From Candidatus Staskawiczbacteria bacterium (lineage in GTDB: Bacteria > Patescibacteriota > Minisyncoccia > Minisyncoccales > Staskawiczbacteraceae): a stretch of DNA of 64,000 nt. The position numbers were made by a program, and so were the translations under genes. The notes beneath the pieces are model-generated. The model did not search any database. It had not been told where the DNA came from and was given only the letters and a program-made list of their open reading frames with translations. Numbering within the stretch: position 1 is the first letter of the stretch; each line of letters starts with the position of its first letter. Shown piece after piece: positions 56,652-64,000 of this stretch. Location: NCBI GenBank assembly GCA_023245145.1, contig JAHFKW010000001.1, forward strand, positions 9,823 through 73,822, given 5' to 3'.

Positions 56652-58113
56652 GACGCGGGAACAATTGTGCTGATTTTTCTTGTCTCGCCGAAGCCTTGGC
56701 GAAGGTGGATGGTTCAACCGCCACTTTTATCTTTTCTGCAGTTTCGGGCATAAAAGGCATTAGCAACCCATAAATTTCTTCCAGTGCAAAAAGTATGTCA
56801 GAAATTACTTGTGGCGCCGCGGGCGTTCCCGACCATGGCTTTTCTTCGTTAATATATTTGTCGCAAAAAGAAATCAATTCCCAAATGGATTTGAGTGACT
56901 CATTAAATTTAAATTCTTCTAAGTATTTTTGGCACTCTTTTTGTGTTTCCTTGATTTTCGCCTTCAGATTTTTATTTACAACTTGATAACTTGATAACTT
57001 GATAACTTTCAACTTCATCGCCAACGTGACAGTTCTAGCTAGCAAGTTCCCTATCCCTCCGGCTAAGTCAGCATTATATCGCTGTTCAAACTTTTCTATA
57101 GTAAAATCACCGTCTTCCGTGGGAGTAATTTCACGCAGTAAAAAATACCTGACTGCGTCGGCTCCGTATTTCTTTACCAATTCAAAAGGATCTACCACAT
57201 TGCCCAAAGATTTGGACATTTTCTGTCCGCCCACAGTTATAAAACCATGAATAAAAATCTGGGTTGAATTAGGCAAACCGGCTGACATAAGCATCGCTTG
57301 CCACATGCTGGATTGTTGGCGTAAATTATCTTTGCCAGCCATTTGCATGCCCGGCCAGAATGCTTTAAACTGCTTGGCATTTTCCGGCCAACCCAGAGCA
57401 GAAATATAGCTCACCAATGCGTCTGTCCAAACATACATAACGTGCCTTTCATCTCCCGGCACATCAATTCCCCAGGGCATTTTTTCTTTTAAACGAGAAA
57501 TGCTAAAATCTTGCAGACCTCTTTTGGTAAATTCTTTTATTTCATTCAATCTTCCTTCGGGTACAACAAAGCTTGGATTTTTTTCATAAAAGTCTAAAAG
57601 TAGTTTTTGATACTTTGAATATCTGAAAAAATAATTTTCTTCTTCAATTAATTCTATTTCTAAATTCGGGTGAATCGGACATATTCCATTTTCCAATTCC
57701 GAATCCATTTTTTCCAACTCGCAACCCACGCAGTATTTTACTTTGTAATTTTTTTTGTAAATATCCCCATTTTTTTCGCAAAGCTTCCAAAATTCCTGCG
57801 CCGCTTTTTTATGATTATCGTCGGTTGTACGAATAAAATTACTGTAGCTTAAATTCAGCGCTGACTTTAAATCATTAAATTTAGGGGCATACATATCACA
57901 GTAAACTTTTGGATCCATTTTCGCCTCCAGAGCCTTACGATAAATTTTAATACCATGCTCATCACTTCCCGTGTTAAAAAATACTTCAAATCCCTGCTGG
58001 CGTTTGACTCTAGCAATTACATCCGCCTGTATAAGTTCCATGGCAAAACCAATATGCGGATCAGCATTTACATAGGGCAACGTAGTGGTGATATAAAAAC
58101 TTTTAGCTTTCAT
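56635..58113 (-). CDS. metG: methionyl-tRNA synthetase (short form)
   Basis: TTTLPYVN..HIG, GSDEHG, KMSKS; start moved to MKAKSF. Confidence 0.96.
   Translation of the reverse strand: MKAKSFYITTTLPYVNADPHIGFAMELIQADVIARVKRQQGFEVFFNTGSDEHGIKIYRKALEAKMDPKVYCDMYAPKFNDLKSALNLSYSNFIRTTDDNHKKAAQEFWKLCEKNGDIYKKNYKVKYCVGCELEKMDSELENGICPIHPNLEIELIEEENYFFRYSKYQKLLLDFYEKNPSFVVPEGRLNEIKEFTKRGLQDFSISRLKEKMPWGIDVPGDERHVMYVWTDALVSYISALGWPENAKQFKAFWPGMQMAGKDNLRQQSSMWQAMLMSAGLPNSTQIFIHGFITVGGQKMSKSLGNVVDPFELVKKYGADAVRYFLLREITPTEDGDFTIEKFEQRYNADLAGGIGNLLARTVTLAMKLKVIKLSSYQVVNKNLKAKIKETQKECQKYLEEFKFNESLKSIWELISFCDKYINEEKPWSGTPAAPQVISDILFALEEIYGLLMPFMPETAEKIKVAVEPSTFAKASARQEKSAQLFPRLDVGK
56680..56709. repeat. 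in-frame dispersed repeat (family A) in metG
   Basis: rc TCCACCTTCGCCAAGGCTTCGGCGAGACAA. Confidence 0.7.
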
Positions 58114-59137
58114 ACGTAACCTCTTCTTGCTTCTTTTTCTCCAAAAATTCGCGGGAAAATTCATAGATAATGCCAAACACTGGCACCGCAAAAATCATAC
58201 CCAAAAAGCCAAACACATGTTCACCCACCAAAAGGGCGATTAACACCAGTACCGCCGGTAAAGCAATAACTTTTTTCATCAATATGGGTGTAAAAATTTT
58301 AATTTCAATTTCGTGGATAATAAATAAAACAACTACGACATACACTGCCGTCAGCCAAGAATCCGACGCCCCCACAAAAACTCCCGACAAAATTACTGTA
58401 ATCAACGGCCCAATATATGGGACAAAATTTAATACTCCGGCAATCAAAGCTAAAATGAAAGCATATTTTACCCCTAACAAAAACAGCATCGCAAAAGAAA
58501 CCACTCCCACCAAAAAACAGGCAACAATTCTGGCTCCAAACCAGCCCGCCACCTTGCTTTGAGCCCGACCAAAAAGCACCAGGGCCTGATTTTCGTATCT
58601 TTTGGGTAACAGTAATTTTAAGACGGTTTCAGTTCCCCGTTTCTCCAAAGAAATGTAAAAAGCCAAAGTTAAAATCATGAAGGTTGAATACACTCCTCCA
58701 AAAAAAGTTACCACAGCCTTAAAAATACTACCCGAACTATCTTTTAAACCGGCTGCCAAGCCCGCCGTGAAATCTTCAAAGTTTTTTGCCACCTCAAAAC
58801 CAAATTCTTTCAAAATGGGATTGAACTTTTCAAAATACCCAGGGATGTTTTGAGCTAGCTGGTTGAGTTCAAATAGAAACGTTGGCGCGGCAAGATATAA
58901 CAAGAGCCCCAAAGCTCCGAAAATAGATAAGTATACCAATGAGGTAGCCAAAATCTTAGGCAATCTTAATCGCGTTAAAAAAACAATTCCCGGTTCAAAT
59001 AAAATAGAAATAATTAATGCAAAAAAGAACCAAATAACAATTTCTCGAGATAAATACAAAAGCACTAATAAAAAACTTACGGCCAAAACTTTGCCAATCG
59101 CCTCCCAGGAAATGTCCAATGTTTGTTTATCTATCAT
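58103..59137 (-). CDS. AI-2E family transporter
   Basis: Multi-TM, NFVPYIGP, G..G...AVP. Confidence 0.88.
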   Translation of the reverse strand: MIDKQTLDISWEAIGKVLAVSFLLVLLYLSREIVIWFFFALIISILFEPGIVFLTRLRLPKILATSLVYLSIFGALGLLLYLAAPTFLFELNQLAQNIPGYFEKFNPILKEFGFEVAKNFEDFTAGLAAGLKDSSGSIFKAVVTFFGGVYSTFMILTLAFYISLEKRGTETVLKLLLPKRYENQALVLFGRAQSKVAGWFGARIVACFLVGVVSFAMLFLLGVKYAFILALIAGVLNFVPYIGPLITVILSGVFVGASDSWLTAVYVVVVLFIIHEIEIKIFTPILMKKVIALPAVLVLIALLVGEHVFGFLGMIFAVPVFGIIYEFSREFLEKKKQEEVTYES

Positions 59138-59139
59138 GT

Positions 59140-60411
59140 TTAAAAAGTTAACAATTTTTCAAATACCTCTTTCTCTTTATCTAAAAATGGACCAATGACC
59201 GAAAGATTTAACTTTTCATTCTTAAAAATATCTTGGGCTACCTTCTTTATATCAGAAGCTGTAACTTTATCAATCATGTCTAGCTTTTGCTCCGGCGTCA
59301 TCACCTCTTGGCGCATTACTTCTTGGGTGGCATAGAAAGAAGCTTGAGTGTCAGTGCCGTCCAGCGAAAGCGAAGTCGAACCACGCACATAGTCTTTGGC
59401 TTTTTGTAATTCTTCAGCCGAAACCTCGTTGTTGCACAAATCTTTGTATTCAGCTAGCACTAAACCAATAGCTTTTTCCAAGCTGTCATTTTTAATGCCT
59501 GATTGCGTCACCAAATATCCCGTGTCGGTAGCACTATCAACGCTGGTATGAATGTAATAACCCAGCCCATTTCTTTCTCTGACAGAAATAAACAAGCGCG
59601 AACTCATGTTACCCCCAAGCATGATTGCAATTAACTGTAATGCGTAACGACGCGGATCGTACATGTCATACGCCCTCGCGCCCAGGCAAAAATGGGTTTG
59701 GTCAGTTTTTTTGTAGTGTAAAAAGACGCCTGGCCTTGACTGCGATTCTTTTACCGGCAATTTTTCAGGAGCTTTTCTCACTTGAATATTAGCAAAATAT
59801 TCGCCCATCTTTTTTTCAATGTCTTTTTCATCAATATCCCCCGCCACGCACAAAACCGTGTTGTCGTTGGAATAATGGCTGTGAAAATAATCCATTAATT
59901 TTTGGCGATTGTAAGCGGCAATAGTTTCTTTTTCTCCCACAATCCTCCAACCGGCAGGCGTATCGCCATACAAAAGCTCTTCAAACAATTCCGAAACATA
60001 ACTGGTGGGCGTATCTAAATACATATTCAATTCTTCCGTCACTACGCCTTTTTCCCTTTCTAATTCTTCAGCATCAAATTTAGAATTTAAAAAAATATCC
60101 GAAATCCAATCTAAGGCCGTGTCAGCATGCTTTTTATCTACTTTCGCCCAGTAACCCGTCACTTCTTTTGAGGTGAAAGCATTGTACTGTCCACCAATTT
60201 TATCTAAAGTTTCAGAAATTGCCAAAGTGTTGGGCCTTTTTTGGGTACCCTTAAAAAACATGTGCTCTAAAAAGTGCGAAATGCCGTTAATATCTTTGGT
60301 TTCGTATTTTGAGCCCGTGCCTACGAGCAGCAAAACCGTCACGCTATTGGCATTTTTCATCGGCACGGTTAAGATGCGCAAGCCATTTGATAAGGTAGAT
60401 TTTTTAAACAT
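59140..60411 (-). CDS. M16 (pitrilysin-family) zinc peptidase
   Basis: HFLEH (HxxEH), NAFTS, SRLF..VRE..GL.Y. Confidence 0.93.
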   Translation of the reverse strand: MFKKSTLSNGLRILTVPMKNANSVTVLLLVGTGSKYETKDINGISHFLEHMFFKGTQKRPNTLAISETLDKIGGQYNAFTSKEVTGYWAKVDKKHADTALDWISDIFLNSKFDAEELEREKGVVTEELNMYLDTPTSYVSELFEELLYGDTPAGWRIVGEKETIAAYNRQKLMDYFHSHYSNDNTVLCVAGDIDEKDIEKKMGEYFANIQVRKAPEKLPVKESQSRPGVFLHYKKTDQTHFCLGARAYDMYDPRRYALQLIAIMLGGNMSSRLFISVRERNGLGYYIHTSVDSATDTGYLVTQSGIKNDSLEKAIGLVLAEYKDLCNNEVSAEELQKAKDYVRGSTSLSLDGTDTQASFYATQEVMRQEVMTPEQKLDMIDKVTASDIKKVAQDIFKNEKLNLSVIGPFLDKEKEVFEKLLTF

Positions 60412-61687
60412 GATCTTTTAAAAATTGTATTAAATCTTTTATTTTTATTCTTTCCTGTTTCATGGTGTCGCGATCGCGCACCGTTACGCTATCGTCTTTC
60501 TCTAACGTATCGAAATCCACTGTCACGCAGTACGGCGTGCCGATTTCATCTTGGCTAAAATATCTTTTGCCAATGTTACCGCGGTCATCCCAAGCTACCA
60601 TCATGTCTTTTTTCAAATCATCATAAATTTCACGGGCTTTGGCCACCAATTCCGGCTTGTTTTTAAGTAACGGAAACACTGCCACTTTGTAGGGCGCCAG
60701 CTGAGGTTTTAGCTTCAAAACCACCCTTTCTGCCTCTTCTTGATAGGAATCGCACAAAACGGCTAAAACAGACCTGTCCACCCCAAAGGTTGGCTCAATA
60801 ACATGTGGGTAAAAAGCTTCACCGCCTTCTTCTTTATATGGTGCGCCATCCTTGTAGTGATTCTTTAAATCAAAGTCAGTTCTGTATGCTAGACCATATA
60901 ATTCTTTTTTACCAAAGGGAAATTCATATTCAAAATCAATGGTTCGCTTTGAATAGTGTGCCAATTCATCTTTGGCAACTTCTAATTCGTGCACTTCTTT
61001 TAATCCCAAAACCTCTTTCATCCAAATTTGCATTTCGCTTCTCCAATACTCAAAAGAAGTTTCCCAATTTTTTTCTTCAATAAAATACTCAATCTCCATT
61101 TGCTCAAATTCGCGCGTGCGGAAAATAAAATTTCCCGGGGTAATTTCATTTCTAAACGCTTTTCCAATTTGCGCAATACCAAATGGAACTTTTTTACGCG
61201 AAGTTTCAAGGACATTTTTAAAATCCACAAACATAGCTTGGGCTGTTTCGGGGCGGAAATAAACAATAGAATCTTTATCTTCAACTGGGCCTAAAAACGT
61301 TTTTAGCATTAGGTTGAATTGTTTTGCTTCAGTAAAATCCTTTTCGCCACATTTTATGCATCTTTTTCCTGGTATCAAGTCATCCCTGTACCTAGTGTTA
61401 CACTTTTTACATTCAATCACTAGATCAGTAAATTCATTTAAATGCCCACTTGCTTCCCATACTTTTGGGTTCATAATTAAAGCCGCGTCAATGCCAACCA
61501 TATCGTCTCGCTGTTGGACAAAACGCTTCCACCAAAGATTTTTGATGTTATTTTTTAACTCAACTCCTAATGGGCCATAGTCCCATGAATTAGCCAAGCC
61601 GCCATAAATTTCGCTGCCCGGAAACACAAAACCCCGCCTTTTGCATAGCGAAATAATTTTTTCCATTAGATCGTTTTCTTTTTTCAT
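60404..61687 (-). CDS. glyQS: glycyl-tRNA synthetase (homodimeric alpha2 type)
   Basis: RPETAQ, FRNEITP, RTREFEQME, IEPTFG, DEIGTP. Confidence 0.95.
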   Translation of the reverse strand: MKKENDLMEKIISLCKRRGFVFPGSEIYGGLANSWDYGPLGVELKNNIKNLWWKRFVQQRDDMVGIDAALIMNPKVWEASGHLNEFTDLVIECKKCNTRYRDDLIPGKRCIKCGEKDFTEAKQFNLMLKTFLGPVEDKDSIVYFRPETAQAMFVDFKNVLETSRKKVPFGIAQIGKAFRNEITPGNFIFRTREFEQMEIEYFIEEKNWETSFEYWRSEMQIWMKEVLGLKEVHELEVAKDELAHYSKRTIDFEYEFPFGKKELYGLAYRTDFDLKNHYKDGAPYKEEGGEAFYPHVIEPTFGVDRSVLAVLCDSYQEEAERVVLKLKPQLAPYKVAVFPLLKNKPELVAKAREIYDDLKKDMMVAWDDRGNIGKRYFSQDEIGTPYCVTVDFDTLEKDDSVTVRDRDTMKQERIKIKDLIQFLKDHV

Positions 61688-61696
61688 TGCCTTATC

Positions 61697-62539
61697 TTAC
61701 TGTAAAATCGGTAAAATATCCACTGGCGAAGTTTCAATGGGCGCTGGCGGCTCAACAACAAACACATCATCAACAGTTTCCTTAATCACCACGAATGTAC
61801 CGTCAACCCATTTCCCTAAGCGTGCTACAAAATGCAGATTATCCGGAGCGTCAGAATTAATAATTCCCATAATATTTATTTTTCCACCTTGACCCAACAT
61901 AAGTGTCGGCAATTTATACTCATTACTATCCAACGAAGCTGGATTTGAAGACTTAAAGGTAAATCCTTCTATTTTATCCAGTTTAATACTTATATTTTCC
62001 AATGGATAATCCACGCTTGAAGCGTATTGGAGTGAGTACGTCATTGTTTGACCTTTAATAGGCGTAAGTGGCATATCATACACCAGCGCCGTGGCAACCG
62101 CATTAATGGTAGTCTTAATATCGGCATCGCTTTCATACCTAACTGACAAATTATGGGGATTATATGTCAAACTAGCTTTAGCTGTTTTTACGTCGCCCTC
62201 CTTACCCAAAAGCCTTACTTTGAAACTCAAAGCATTTTCTTCTCCCGGACTGATATCTTTCACTTTTTGGGTAAAGCGTAATGTATTATCTTCCGTCAGA
62301 GAATTATCAGGCAACGTAAATACCAACTTGGGATTTTCCATTACAAAATTTCCGATGTTTTTATACGTCACCGTGTATTCAATTTCATCTCCCATACCAG
62401 CTTGAATCGGACCAGTAATTTTTATGCTTAACGCGTCAGTTGAAAACATCGTATTTTTATAAATAAAAAGTGCGGCGACGGTAATCAGCAGTATTACCAA
62501 TAGCACAGTAGCCATAATTAAATTTTTATTTATTTTCAT
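61697..62539 (-). CDS. hypothetical membrane-anchored Ig-like protein
   Basis: N-terminal TM, two beta-rich repeats (G..I.Y.V.Y.N). Confidence 0.6.
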   Translation of the reverse strand: MKINKNLIMATVLLVILLITVAALFIYKNTMFSTDALSIKITGPIQAGMGDEIEYTVTYKNIGNFVMENPKLVFTLPDNSLTEDNTLRFTQKVKDISPGEENALSFKVRLLGKEGDVKTAKASLTYNPHNLSVRYESDADIKTTINAVATALVYDMPLTPIKGQTMTYSLQYASSVDYPLENISIKLDKIEGFTFKSSNPASLDSNEYKLPTLMLGQGGKINIMGIINSDAPDNLHFVARLGKWVDGTFVVIKETVDDVFVVEPPAPIETSPVDILPILQ

Positions 62540-63144
62540 GTGATGTGTTCCAATAAATAGCGACGATAATTTTCTGAAACAGTTACCAAAGACTTTTGTG
62601 CTTCTTTTTTAAATGACAAAGTTATTAAATCTTCCCACTCTTTTTTTATAATCATGGTAATAATATGAGCTGTTTTTGAGGGCATATTTGAAAATTCCGG
62701 AGCGTATCCTAACAGTGCAACAAAATTCCAAAAAAAATAGTAATACATTAATTGACGAGGCTCCAACCTGTCTAACTTTTCAAAAGTTTCGATGATAAGT
62801 TGCAATATTTTTTCATCCCTTTCTTCACCTTTGATAAAATCGTCCAGTAAATTACTAATCTGGCCAGCCATGACAGATTTTTCAGGTGAATCTGTAATAC
62901 TGTTAAATTTTTGAGTAATCACTGCGTCCGTTAACGTTTTTTTATTCTTGCCTTGAATAAATTCAATGTCGGAAATATGAAAAAGATCTATTCCACCGCG
63001 CAATTTTGAATTGATTTTTCTGATTGCCTTACCAAAAACTTCCAGGCGACCAAACTCTCTTGTAAAAATAGAAAAAAACCGGTCCGCCTCCGCCCTATCT
63101 TCTTTTTTAAAAATAAACCCGCGAGTTTTATAATGAACGGCCAT
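62536..63144 (-). CDS. recO: DNA repair protein RecO
   Basis: EADR..FTREFG...GKAIRK..SKL N-terminal OB fold; short C-terminus. Confidence 0.88.
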   Translation of the reverse strand: MAVHYKTRGFIFKKEDRAEADRFFSIFTREFGRLEVFGKAIRKINSKLRGGIDLFHISDIEFIQGKNKKTLTDAVITQKFNSITDSPEKSVMAGQISNLLDDFIKGEERDEKILQLIIETFEKLDRLEPRQLMYYYFFWNFVALLGYAPEFSNMPSKTAHIITMIIKKEWEDLITLSFKKEAQKSLVTVSENYRRYLLEHIT

Positions 63145-63590
63145 TAATACTTCATTCTTTTTAGCTTTTCCACAAGTTTCTGTTTTTGCTCCTCTTCTAT
63201 TCTAACCTCTTTGCCTTTCTTTTCTTTTCTCTCTGAATTTTTAAACCACTTTTTCACATTTTCACCCCATACCCTCTTTTTCCCTTCTTTGGGCAACTCT
63301 TCTATAACTTCCACACGCTGGCCTTGATTAAGATGGATGTGTGAATCATAGGCCTTTTTAGCTAATCTCCTTAATTCAGTCAGCTTCACCCCCTCTTTTT
63401 TATCAAATAAACTCTTCTCCTCATTTACTACTTCAACCTCAACTTTTGGATTCGGCTCGGCTTCCGTTTTTTTATGTCCAATTAGTAATTCGTGCAGAAA
63501 ACTTCTCGCTTCTGGCCGTGGCGTTTGACCGGGCATATCAGTTTTAAACTTTTCGGGTAATGAATGATTTGGATTTTTAAACTGGTCCAT
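63144..63590 (-). CDS. hypothetical charged protein
   Basis: ORF coupled (TAATG) to recO. Confidence 0.6.
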   Translation of the reverse strand: MDQFKNPNHSLPEKFKTDMPGQTPRPEARSFLHELLIGHKKTEAEPNPKVEVEVVNEEKSLFDKKEGVKLTELRRLAKKAYDSHIHLNQGQRVEVIEELPKEGKKRVWGENVKKWFKNSERKEKKGKEVRIEEEQKQKLVEKLKRMKY

Positions 63591-63594
63591 AGTA

Positions 63595-63918
63595 TTACGT
63601 TATATTATTTTTATAACTCTCCAAAATAGCAATTTTATCTTCCAAAACTGACCGTTCATACATATCGCGATGACCACTACGTTCTAAAAGTTTTTTTTCG
63701 TACGTAAGTGTTTTTAGTTTTTTATCAAGATAGGCCAAAGAAGGGCTAGTACTGCCAAATTCACGCTCAACTTCATAGATAAAATCTCGTCTGTCTCGCA
63801 ATGTCTCAACATGTTTTCTTATCCCAAACCCGCCTCGACTAGTATCGTGCCAGCGCATAACATGATCCCTAAAATTAACCTTGGTCGGTTTTGATTTACT
63901 CCATCCAAATATTCCCAT
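63595..63918 (-). CDS. hypothetical protein
   Basis: ORF in same operon orientation, tight spacing. Confidence 0.55.
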   Translation of the reverse strand: MGIFGWSKSKPTKVNFRDHVMRWHDTSRGGFGIRKHVETLRDRRDFIYEVEREFGSTSPSLAYLDKKLKTLTYEKKLLERSGHRDMYERSVLEDKIAILESYKNNIT

Positions 63919-64000
63919 AAGACATTACACTTTTTTAATAATAATATTTTTTTCACCCATACTAATATTCATTTCTATCGCCCGCATTTCGCGAAGCAAC

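Overview
AT-rich chromosomal segment that looks like a Patescibacteria/CPR (Parcubacteria-like) bacterium. This is inferred from gene content, compact mostly SD-less starts and CPR-type protein families; TGA is used as a stop (code 11). From left to right: (i) a surface-glycan cluster (fcl, gmd, sugar C-methyltransferase, epimerase, glycosyltransferases, two flippases, two membrane-anchored acetyltransferases, O-antigen-ligase/TPR protein); (ii) a large S-layer-like protein with an ECF sigma/anti-sigma/HTH module, a lamin-tail protein, CIRCE-preceded clpB and htrA; (iii) a complete diversity-generating retroelement (DGR) at about 32.3-34.9 kb; (iv) housekeeping genes (comEC, ftsZ, ftsA, ybeY, hisS, lepB, pth, short mfd, dprA, topA, tRNA-Leu, glyA, leuS, tatD, metG, glycyl-tRNA synthetase, recO). 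The DGR has an RT, an Avd-like gene, a 127-bp template repeat and a variable repeat differing only at template adenines. Its layout is unusual: avd is antisense, RT and avd start codons abut in a CATATG palindrome, and a C9/G9 tract lies in the overlap. Other notable signals are a promoter- and terminator-bounded structured ncRNA candidate at 46.6 kb, palindromic and heptamer repeats inserted in-frame in many housekeeping genes, self-contained single-gene islets (including csrA), and a tail-less FtsZ with an altered T7 loop. All calls come from reading the sequence and recalling protein families; no searches were run.
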